NCBI GenBank assembly: GCA_951812955.1
Contig: OX638340.1
Location: 3,136,001-3,200,000 of the forward strand
Direction: 5' to 3'
DNA: 64,000 bases
Source of the DNA: an uncultured Gemmatimonadota bacterium
GTDB lineage: Bacteria > JAAXHH01
The translations under genes and the position numbers were made by a program. Numbering within the stretch: the stretch's first letter is position 1; each line of letters opens with the position of its first letter. Positions 56,356 to 64,000 of this stretch are shown here, in pieces. The notes beneath the pieces are model-generated. The model was not told where the DNA came from, did not search any database, and saw only the letters and a program-made list of their open reading frames with translations.

Positions 56356-57015
56356 ATGGAAACGAAGGAATTGAAGTTCACCGCGACGGTGGAAAAAGGC
56401 GAGGTATCGGCCTTGTTTGCCGATCCCGGCGACGCGAAAGCACTACTCGTGCTCGGCCACGGGTCGGGTACGAATATGCGGCACAGCTTCATGCAGGAGC
56501 TGAGCGACGCGTTGAACGGTGCGGGGATCGCCACTTTCCGGTTCAATTACCCCTATTCCGAGAAGGGTGGCGGCGGCATGGACGGCGAGAAGGTTCGTCT
56601 GGCCACGGTGCGGGCCGCTGTCGAGACGGCGGCGGAGCACGGTGACGGATTACCCCTTTTCGCGGGCGGACATTCCATGAGCGGCCGCATGTTCTCGATG
56701 GCCTGCGCCAACGCGCCCATAGAAGGGCTGCGGGGGATCGTGTTCGTCGCGTTTCCGCTACACGCAGGCAAGCCGAATACGGAACGGGCCGAGCATCTCA
56801 AGGACGTGGACGTGCCCATGCTCTTCCTGTCGGGCCAGCGGGACAGGATGGCCGACCTCGCGTTGCTGGAACCGGTCGTAGAGGCCCTGGAAAACGCGAC
56901 CCTTCACGTCGTCGATACGGCGGATCACGGGTTCAAGGTGCTCAAGCGCCGGAATACCGATGAACCTGTCATGGAGGAGCTGGCCAGGGTGGCGGCCGAG
57001 TGGATGGTGAAGTAG
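56356..57015 (+). CDS. alpha/beta hydrolase fold protein (dienelactone-hydrolase-like)
   Basis: LVLGHGSG. Nucleophile elbow GGHSMSG. C-terminal DH. Confidence 0.6.
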   Translation: METKELKFTATVEKGEVSALFADPGDAKALLVLGHGSGTNMRHSFMQELSDALNGAGIATFRFNYPYSEKGGGGMDGEKVRLATVRAAVETAAEHGDGLPLFAGGHSMSGRMFSMACANAPIEGLRGIVFVAFPLHAGKPNTERAEHLKDVDVPMLFLSGQRDRMADLALLEPVVEALENATLHVVDTADHGFKVLKRRNTDEPVMEELARVAAEWMVK

Positions 57016-57115
57016 AGGTGGCCCGTTCGGGGATGCCCTGCATCCCATACTGAGATCGTGAAAACGGTGTAGGATGGAAGTTCTTTTTCTGTTACAGTGT
57101 TAGGTCTTACAGACA

Positions 57116-57991
57116 ATGGATAAACGATTTTCAAACATAGATTTTCCAATGGCGCAGCTAGAGGATGAACTCGCCAGAGATCATGCTGTGTTCAAGGACT
57201 TGCTTTCAACTTCTATGGCGGAAATGGTAAACCAGAATCCGCAGCTTTTTTCGCTTAAAGTCAACAACATCAATAGCGTAAAGATTTACTTCGAGTTGGG
57301 ACGATCATTACCCAAAGGAGTATTATTGGATTTCCTTCTAAAACTTCAGCAACATGTAGAAGAAGAAATGTGTTCCTCTATAGCGACTCAAACTGGAAGA
57401 CCAATATCAATAGATGAGTTAAGCGGTGTTCTTACAGTTCCACAATCAGACTACCAAATACTGCGTGATTTGCAGGAGTATTATAAATCAAAGTTAGTTA
57501 AGAACATTCAAATTGGTATGTTGGGTATGATAAGCAGAAGTATCCCTGATACTCAACAAACACATCCTGATATTGAGATCGTTATCGACCTAAAAGATGT
57601 AGGAGGAACAAGGCGGTTTTTGTACGTCGAATCTCAGGGTAAAGTACAGAAAGATCTAGTGGTCAAGCTCACATCAGTGACCCTCGATACAAACGTTTTA
57701 ATGGAATGGTGGAAAGAGCAAAAAAAGGTAGAAGTAGTAGAGAATCTTCTGACAATGGGAGAGCAATTCGAAATTGATCTTGCGGTCACAAGTAGAATCC
57801 GCGATGACGTATTTCGTCCACCCCTGTCTGACAGGATTAATGAGCTACCCAGTCTGAATGTTCAAGAGATTGGGTCTGTTATACGAATCGGGCACTGGAA
57901 GGTAGGTGTAGACGCAGTGGGCGACACGGAGTTCAGGGAATTTGTAGATTCCAATGAAGTTCAACAGAAGATTAAATATTTGATAAAATGA
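57116..57991 (+). CDS. hypothetical protein, low-GC, possible C-terminal PIN-like segment
   Basis: VTLDTNVLMEWW resembles the first PIN motif. Otherwise unrecognised. Confidence 0.35.
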   Translation: MDKRFSNIDFPMAQLEDELARDHAVFKDLLSTSMAEMVNQNPQLFSLKVNNINSVKIYFELGRSLPKGVLLDFLLKLQQHVEEEMCSSIATQTGRPISIDELSGVLTVPQSDYQILRDLQEYYKSKLVKNIQIGMLGMISRSIPDTQQTHPDIEIVIDLKDVGGTRRFLYVESQGKVQKDLVVKLTSVTLDTNVLMEWWKEQKKVEVVENLLTMGEQFEIDLAVTSRIRDDVFRPPLSDRINELPSLNVQEIGSVIRIGHWKVGVDAVGDTEFREFVDSNEVQQKIKYLIK

Positions 57992-58188
57992 AGCGGATTA
58001 ATAACGAACCCGATTGGCGGGATTGGGATCATGTTCATACTCATTACAGGTATAGGAGGGACTTTTTTCTTACCTGGGATAAGGGGATCTTAGCGTTCGC
58101 GGAAGAGTTTGAGAGTAAAATGGGGATTCAAGTACTGAAACCTGAAGACTACCTTACAGAATCCAAGATACAATCTTCGGGATCATGA
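57988..58188 (+). CDS. small hypothetical protein coupled (ATGA) to the upstream gene
   Basis: 66-aa ORF with the same low-GC composition. Confidence 0.3.
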   Translation: MKRINNEPDWRDWDHVHTHYRYRRDFFLTWDKGILAFAEEFESKMGIQVLKPEDYLTESKIQSSGS

Positions 58189-58211
58189 CCGACTTCGGTA
58201 GGAGTAATTAG

Positions 58212-59585
58212 GTGGACACATTGACGGTTATTCTCTTCATCGCACTACTGGTCAGCCTTGGTCTGATAGCCGTGCTACTGTTCTGGAGCCAGAAGGCTAA
58301 CGCGCGGATCAACACGTTGAGCAGCGACAAGTCGGGCATGGAGACCGAACTGGGCTTGGCGCACGAGCAACTGGCAGAAGTACGCGAGCAACTGGCCGAA
58401 ACGAGGAAATCACTCGAAGAGGCCCGCAGGTTGGAAGTCGATCGGGCAAAGCTGCAACAGCAGCTCGCAAACGCGGAAGAACGCATCGGCGATCGTGACG
58501 AGGTGGAGAAGCGGTTTAAGGATACGTTCAAAGCTTTGTCGTCGGAGGTCCTGAAATCGCAGCAAGAGTCGTTCAAGGAGAGCGCCGAGGAAACGTTGAA
58601 AGCCCGGCAGGAGGCGGTTGAGAAGCTGGTAAAACCGTTGTCGGAGAAGATCGAGACGCTGGACAAGGCGCGAGCTAAAAACGCTGGCGAATTCCAGACC
58701 CAGATTTCGAACCTCATGCGGACCAACAAGGAGTTGGCCGAAGAGGCCCAGGCGCTGTCAAACGCGCTGAAGCGGCCCGACGTTCGCGGAAAGTGGGGCG
58801 AGACCCAGCTCGAGCGTGTGCTTGAACTGTCCGGACTGCGGAAGGACATCGATTTCACGGTGCAGGACAGCTTCAATAACGACGGAGAGCGCATACGGAC
58901 CGACGTGATCGTCCATCTGCCGCAGGACCGGACGGTGATTCTCGATTCCAAGGTGTCGCTGGCCGCCCTGATGGAAGCCTTTGAGACGGACGATGATGAA
59001 GCCAGGTCGGCAGCCTTCGATCGCCACGTAAGCCAGGTTAAGACCCACGTCGACTCTCTCTCAAAAAAGGAATACTGGAACGTCCTGGCCTCTACCCCCG
59101 ACATGGTGGTGATGGTCATGCCCGAATTCGCCTTCCTTCCCGCCATCGAAAGGGAGCCCGGCCTGACCGAACGGGCGCTGGAGAAAAACGTGATCATCGT
59201 CACGCCCCCGGCCCTGCTGGCGCTGCTCAAGGCCGTGGAGATGTCCTGGCAGCAGATCCGGGTCGCGGAGACCGCGCGGGAGATCAGCGACCTGGGCAAG
59301 GAGATGTACGAGCGCCTCGCGGTGTTCGCGGGCCACTACGTCAACGTGGGCAATTCGCTTCGGCAGGCGATTGAGCGGTACAATCGAAGTGTCGGATCAT
59401 GGGATACCCGGGTCGCCACGTCCGCCATGCGGTTCCCCGAACTGAACGTCCCCGTCACGCGGGAACTGCCGGAAGTATCTCCTGTGGATGAGATTCCCCG
59501 TACGATCCAGAAACTGACGGACGGTAAGGTGGAAGAAGGCCAGGCTGAAGACGTGGACGGGCGCGTCGTTGATAACGATGGATAG
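58212..59585 (+). CDS. rmuC: DNA recombination protein RmuC
   Basis: N-terminal TM + long coiled coil. RmuC core (RPDVRGKWGETQLERVLELSGL, DVIVHLPQDRTVILDSKVSLAA). GTG start with GGAG. Confidence 0.8.
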   Translation: MDTLTVILFIALLVSLGLIAVLLFWSQKANARINTLSSDKSGMETELGLAHEQLAEVREQLAETRKSLEEARRLEVDRAKLQQQLANAEERIGDRDEVEKRFKDTFKALSSEVLKSQQESFKESAEETLKARQEAVEKLVKPLSEKIETLDKARAKNAGEFQTQISNLMRTNKELAEEAQALSNALKRPDVRGKWGETQLERVLELSGLRKDIDFTVQDSFNNDGERIRTDVIVHLPQDRTVILDSKVSLAALMEAFETDDDEARSAAFDRHVSQVKTHVDSLSKKEYWNVLASTPDMVVMVMPEFAFLPAIEREPGLTERALEKNVIIVTPPALLALLKAVEMSWQQIRVAETAREISDLGKEMYERLAVFAGHYVNVGNSLRQAIERYNRSVGSWDTRVATSAMRFPELNVPVTRELPEVSPVDEIPRTIQKLTDGKVEEGQAEDVDGRVVDNDG

Positions 59586-59822
59586 TTGATCTCGCCAGGA
59601 ATCGATTTCGTCGTTTCCAGGAAAACGCGATGCCGTTCCCCCGCGAACTCCCAGGCACGTATCCACCGGACTCCGTCAACCCTTCTTCCACGCTTGAATG
59701 ATCCTCCCACCTGCTACCTTTCGCCCCACGATCAATTTAGCGTAACATTATATTGCTTTATATTAAATATAGCGTAATTTTTATTATAAAGAGCATTAAT
59801 TTACGCCAAAAGAGGTAGAATC

Positions 59823-61076
59823 GTGAAAAACCGGATCATGCTGTCTAATATGAAACAAAAGGCAGATACCCGGCTGGGGCGTCTTATCGCGTTGACGGGA
59901 GCCCGTCAGACCGGCAAGACTACCCTGGTACAGGCCGGGTTTCCGGAATACGACTTCGTTTCTCTCGAAGACCCGATCGCGCGTCCGGACTTTATCGCGC
60001 TGTCAGCGGCACAATGGCAACAACGCTATCCCAGGGTCATACTTGACGAAATCCAGAAGGCGCCGTCAATTGTCGAATCCGTTAAGGCGGTATACGACCG
60101 GTATCCCGACAACCGCGCCATCCTGCTTGGATCCAGCCAGATCCTGTTGATGGAGCAGATACGGGAGAGTCTGGCCGGGCGTGTAACGCTGCTGGAACTG
60201 TATCCGCTGACGTTACCGGAACTGCTGACCGATTCCTGGGACGATCCGGTCATGGATTCCCGCCTTGTCCGGTACCTTGAAACGGGGGATCTTGATATAC
60301 TTACATCGGGAATACCCCAGCAGAGCGCCAGGTACGCCCGGGCGGTAGACCACTTGGATCACTACCTGGAATTCGGCGGCATGCCGGTAGTATCCGATGT
60401 CACGCTGTCCCGGGAAGACAGGTACGGGTGGCTTCGGGACTACCTCCGTACATATCTCCAGCGGGATCTACGCGATCTGGCCAATCTCCGGGATCTCGTC
60501 CCCTACGTACGCATGTTGAAGGCATTGGGTGAGTTGGCTGGCGGCTTGCTGAACGTGAATGAACTGGCCCGTCTCGCTGGCGTGACGCACAGGACTATCA
60601 AACGTTTCGTCACCTACCTTGAAATCAGTTATCAGGTCATCCAGTTGCAACCGTGGTTTAGAAATCGAAGCAAACGACTGTCCAAAGCAGCGAAAATACA
60701 CTTTCTCGATCCGGGCATTCAGCGGGCTTTGCTCAACCGCAGAGGCCAGCCCACAGGAACCGAATTTGAAGGCGCCATCATTGCGGAGGTTTACAAACAG
60801 GTCAGGAACGCAAGGTTGCCCGTTGACTGTTATCATCTTCGTACGTTTGACGGACGGGAAGTCGATCTGCTGATCGAAACCGAAGCGAGCTATGTACCTA
60901 TAGAGATAAAATCCAAAGACCGTGTCTCGCATGCCGACGCGCGTCACCTGCGCCGGTTGAGCGAGATCCTGGACAAACCCGTCCTGCACGCGCTGGTGCT
61001 ATCCAACGATCCACACATCCGAAACCTGGGAGATGGCGTCACGGGACTCCCCGCGGGATGGGCGCTTTGTGGATGA
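59823..61076 (+). CDS. AAA+ ATPase with DUF4143-type C-terminal domain
   Basis: Walker A GARQTGKTTL. Architecture typical of the widespread archaeal-ATPase/DUF4143 family. Confidence 0.7.
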   Translation: MKNRIMLSNMKQKADTRLGRLIALTGARQTGKTTLVQAGFPEYDFVSLEDPIARPDFIALSAAQWQQRYPRVILDEIQKAPSIVESVKAVYDRYPDNRAILLGSSQILLMEQIRESLAGRVTLLELYPLTLPELLTDSWDDPVMDSRLVRYLETGDLDILTSGIPQQSARYARAVDHLDHYLEFGGMPVVSDVTLSREDRYGWLRDYLRTYLQRDLRDLANLRDLVPYVRMLKALGELAGGLLNVNELARLAGVTHRTIKRFVTYLEISYQVIQLQPWFRNRSKRLSKAAKIHFLDPGIQRALLNRRGQPTGTEFEGAIIAEVYKQVRNARLPVDCYHLRTFDGREVDLLIETEASYVPIEIKSKDRVSHADARHLRRLSEILDKPVLHALVLSNDPHIRNLGDGVTGLPAGWALCG

Positions 61077-61382
61077 CTGTGCTTCCCCTGTTGGGAATAA
61101 TGCTATTTCATCACGAGAATTTGGTGACAAGTGACACTGAAGGAATATGACGATCTAACAGAAACGGCTTGACATCATGTACATAAAGCGAAGAAGATAA
61201 CACCATGCGGCCCCGAGTCATGACGGTTCACAACGCCTTCTTCGAAAGAGACTCTATTTATGAAGATTTCAAAATGAAATCGAGTTATGAAAAGAGAGGC
61301 GCCGTGGCCAGGTATGAAGGCTGGACGCGGAGATTGAAACGAATCTGACTTGTCTGGGATTTGGGGGTAGATCCGGCCAACG

Positions 61383-61586
61383 ATGCCCAAGGTTAGAGAT
61401 GCCATGCGGTTGATAGAGGAGGATGGATGGAGGCTCGTTCGTACCAGAGGAAGCCACCGTCAGTTCAAGCATCGAGAGAAACCGGGTCGTGTGACCGTTC
61501 CTGGCAAACCAAGAGATGACCTACCGCCGGGCACTTGGAATAGCATAATGAAACAGGCGGGGCTAAAGGAGCAAGAAGAACCATGA
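61383..61586 (+). CDS. hicA: HicA mRNA interferase toxin
   Basis: GWRLVRTRGSHRQFKH...GTWNSIMKQAGL. Confidence 0.8.
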   Translation: MPKVRDAMRLIEEDGWRLVRTRGSHRQFKHREKPGRVTVPGKPRDDLPPGTWNSIMKQAGLKEQEEP

Positions 61587-61807
61587 AGTACACCGTCGTC
61601 ATTGAGAGGACCCCGAACAACTACGCAGCCTACGTGCCGGACCTGCCCGGGTGCGTGGCCAGCGCGGGGACCCGCAAAGAAGTGTTGAAGGAAATCCGGG
61701 AAGCCATAGCGTTCCACCTCGAAGGAATGCACGAAGACGGCGAACCCATACCCGTGCCTCAGACTACGGCGGTAGTGGTGGACACTGCGGTTACGGCAGT
61801 GAGGTAA
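61583..61807 (+). CDS. hicB: HicB antitoxin (RNase-H-like fold only, no DNA-binding domain)
   Basis: MKYTVVIERTPNNYAAYVPDLPGCVASAGT. ATGA overlap with hicA. Confidence 0.75.
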   Translation: MKYTVVIERTPNNYAAYVPDLPGCVASAGTRKEVLKEIREAIAFHLEGMHEDGEPIPVPQTTAVVVDTAVTAVR

Positions 61808-62014
61808 GAAGCTTCCAGTAAGTTACCGAAGGGGAAACAGAACGTATCGTGGACGTCCCGCAGAATCCTTCGCAAGTGCTGGTTGTGCGATGCGCATGTT
61901 TCGCGATGGTGCACGGGCGCCGCTTGCGGGCGCTGGTTTCGTGTGTGCGTAGTGTTTGGGTGCTGGCCCGAGCCCCGCTGGCCCGCACTCCGCAATCGCC
62001 CGCCCCGCTCCATC

Positions 62015-62941
62015 CTACCACGTCCTTTCCTTCAGCAGATCCCGGATAGCCTCCTTCGGGACCGGCAATTCGTCCATGCGGCCCTCCAGCCACTCCGAGA
62101 AATCCGCCTCCATCCCGTCCGTCCAACGGTCGTCGATCTGTCCGGGCGTGTATTTCCCCTCGCGAAGCCGCTGCTTGCCGAACAGGTCCCTCAGTTGGAC
62201 CAGTTCCGAAGTCTTCACCACGGTTTCGGCGAGGTGGGGCGGGATGAAGACGACCCCCTCGCGTTTGCCCAGGACCACGTCCCCTGGCATGACGGTAGCC
62301 TGGCCGATGCGCACGGCGGTGTTGACGCCCAGGAGCATGATGGTGGGCGAGGCGTAGGAAGGGTGCCAGCCCCGGACGAAACAGGCGAACTCCGGCATTT
62401 CCTCAATGCCTTCCAGGTCGCGGACCGATCCGTCGAAGACCACCCCGTTGCCTGAATTCGCGTAGATCGCCGTGGCCAGGTTGTCGCCGATGATGGGCCC
62501 CTCGTCCACCTTGCCGTAGGTATCCGCCACGTAGACGTCCCCTGGAACCAGCATGTCGATGGGCCAGGAGATCTGGTCGCCGATGCATCCGTGGGCGGCC
62601 CCCTTGGCTTCCATCACCGTGCGCATGGCCGGCCGGCGGGGCATGTACATGGCCGTCACCGCCCGGCCCACGAGCGTTTTGCCGGGGTGGGTCTGCTGCC
62701 ATCCGCCCTCGTACTGGTGTTCGTATCCCGCGCCACTCATCACGCCCCAGGCCTGGGTGATAGACACGTGCTTCATCCGCTCGATGATCGCGTCCGGCAC
62801 TTTGGGCCGGCCGTCGGGGAAGCGTTCGCCGGTCCAGTCCGGCGTGTATTCGATGAGTTCCTCGGAGGCCAGGTTCAACGGGCAGAATTTGTCGGACACG
62901 TGTACTCCTTTGTCAGGCACAGGTATTCTTTGGTCGGACAT
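62015..62941 (-). CDS. RraA/DlpA-family protein (demethylmenaquinone-methyltransferase-like fold)
   Basis: GDVYVADTYGKVDEGPIIGDNLATAIYANSGNGVVFDGSVRD. SD GAAGGAG before the ATG. Confidence 0.6.
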   Translation of the reverse strand: MSDQRIPVPDKGVHVSDKFCPLNLASEELIEYTPDWTGERFPDGRPKVPDAIIERMKHVSITQAWGVMSGAGYEHQYEGGWQQTHPGKTLVGRAVTAMYMPRRPAMRTVMEAKGAAHGCIGDQISWPIDMLVPGDVYVADTYGKVDEGPIIGDNLATAIYANSGNGVVFDGSVRDLEGIEEMPEFACFVRGWHPSYASPTIMLLGVNTAVRIGQATVMPGDVVLGKREGVVFIPPHLAETVVKTSELVQLRDLFGKQRLREGKYTPGQIDDRWTDGMEADFSEWLEGRMDELPVPKEAIRDLLKERTW

Positions 62942-63000
62942 GGGTACTCCTTCGGATTTGGCGCCGGCGCCTGCACGCTATGACGTACCGGTGTAACTGC

Positions 63001-63780
63001 TCATTCGAACTGCCCATGGTCCCACTGCCGAAAAAAGAGACGTACGTCCCTGTTTTCCACGGCGAGCGCCCCGATGTAGTCCGGGCCGGGGTCGATGTTT
63101 GTCATGGTCCAGCGTTGCGCGTAGTAAACGTCCCAGCGCGTGGCCAGTAATTCGGCCGGACCGTTGGGATCGACGGTGACGTCGAACTGGTCGAGGGGAC
63201 AGGTCAGGCCCTGGCCGATGGCCTTGACGAAGGCTTCCTTCCGCGTCCAGCACGCGAGGAAGGCCCGGTCGCGTCGATACGGCGGCATGGCTGCCAGGGT
63301 GTTGTATTCGCGGTCGGAAAAAAAGCGGTACGCGATCCTGAGCCGGTCTACGATCTTGCGCCGGTACAGGTATTCCACGTCGACGCCCACGGATTGGTCC
63401 GATGTCAGCGCGTAAACGGCCAGGTCGTGAGAATGGGAGACGTTGAACCGGATGGACGTGTGGGGATGGGCGAGGTGGGGCTTGCCGTGCTCGGCATAAC
63501 CGAAACGCAGCTCGGCCGGTGCTTCAGAAACGTACCGCGCCAGGATGTTTCTCAGGACGGCACGGGCGGTGGTGTATCGATCCCGCGCGCTGCGTACGAC
63601 GAACCGGTTCGCCCGTTCGCGTTCGTCCGGGGACAGGAAGCGTGTCAGCGCCCGGGTCTGTTCCGGCGGCAGATCGAGGGAAGCCCGCCACAGATGGACC
63701 TGGCCGGGGGCAAGCCGCCACGCCGCGTCGGAGGGCGCCGTCAGCCATAGCGCTTTATCTCTGGGTCCGTCACCGTTCAT
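63001..63780 (-). CDS. 4'-phosphopantetheinyl transferase (Sfp type)
   Basis: FNVSHSHDLAVYAL, GVDVE, WTRKEAFVKAIG. Confidence 0.75.
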   Translation of the reverse strand: MNGDGPRDKALWLTAPSDAAWRLAPGQVHLWRASLDLPPEQTRALTRFLSPDERERANRFVVRSARDRYTTARAVLRNILARYVSEAPAELRFGYAEHGKPHLAHPHTSIRFNVSHSHDLAVYALTSDQSVGVDVEYLYRRKIVDRLRIAYRFFSDREYNTLAAMPPYRRDRAFLACWTRKEAFVKAIGQGLTCPLDQFDVTVDPNGPAELLATRWDVYYAQRWTMTNIDPGPDYIGALAVENRDVRLFFRQWDHGQFE

Positions 63781-64000
63781 ATACGATGTTGCCGCCGACT
63801 ACGGTCAGGTCCACCTTCGCCTCACGGATTTCCTCGGGCGGCATGGTGGTCAGGTCCCGGTCCAGGATCACGAAATCCGCGAGTTTTCCGGGTTCCAGCG
63901 AACCCTTGATGTCTTCCTCGTAGGAGGCATAGGCGGCGTCGATGGTGTAACCGCGCAACGCTTCCTCCACGGTAATCTTCTGTTCCGGTACCCATCCGTC
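63770..64000 (-). CDS. amidohydrolase family protein, C-terminal part (gene continues beyond the window)
   Basis: Reading frame is open to the window edge. C-terminal amidohydrolase signature (GSLEPGKLADFVILDRDL...VVGGNIVY). Confidence 0.5.
   Translation of the reverse strand, partial: DGWVPEQKITVEEALRGYTIDAAYASYEEDIKGSLEPGKLADFVILDRDLTTMPPEEIREAKVDLTVVGGNIVYER

Overview
This 64-kb window is high-GC (about 65%) bacterial chromosome. Genes use Shine-Dalgarno sites, yet the primary sigma factor is the short Bacteroidota/Chlorobi type, so the organism is probably an FCB-group relative with high GC. I cannot place it more exactly. Core housekeeping genes at the ends: rpoD-like sigma factor, two tandem LytM/M23 peptidases, miaB, Fe/Mn superoxide dismutase, Zn-alcohol dehydrogenase, a fused ThiD-ThiN, a ClpX-like AAA+ ATPase, rmuC, a CN-hydrolase, a PPTase and an RraA-like protein. 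Three accessory blocks sit between them. (1) 11.4-28.1 kb is a polymorphic-toxin locus on the minus strand. A 2371-aa Sec-signal RHS/YD-repeat protein with an SpvB-like N-terminus carries a C-terminal toxin after the conserved DPDG switch point. Two tandem paralogous immunity-like genes follow it. Then come two orphan RHS C-terminal cassettes with different toxin tips, each with a low-GC immunity-like gene; one cassette has an in-frame amber stop. A dead RHS fragment ends the locus. (2) 28.3-36.5 kb holds a 1733-aa adhesin made of Ig/cadherin-like repeats with near-identical 303-312-bp DNA repeats. Next to it are a shorter paralog sharing the same ~170-aa C-terminal 'fibre-like' coiled-coil module, an M15 zinc peptidase, and a small TM/coiled-coil protein. 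The block is bracketed by two 97-bp direct repeats that each carry a terminator hairpin. A 40-bp perfect palindrome and a double zinc-ribbon gene lie just outside. (3) 41.0-52.2 kb is a lower-GC defence island: a membrane-anchored HEPN-like protein, then a translationally coupled five-gene cluster radC-like JAB + UvrD helicase fused to a Cas4/AddB-like Fe-S nuclease + Type III mod + Type III res + an orphan PIN (VapC-like). No integrase or transposase is present. Smaller items: hicAB, a DUF4143 AAA ATPase, a possible dual-start exported SOD, and several direct-repeat or palindromic intergenic elements. I found no rRNA, tRNA or CRISPR array by eye.
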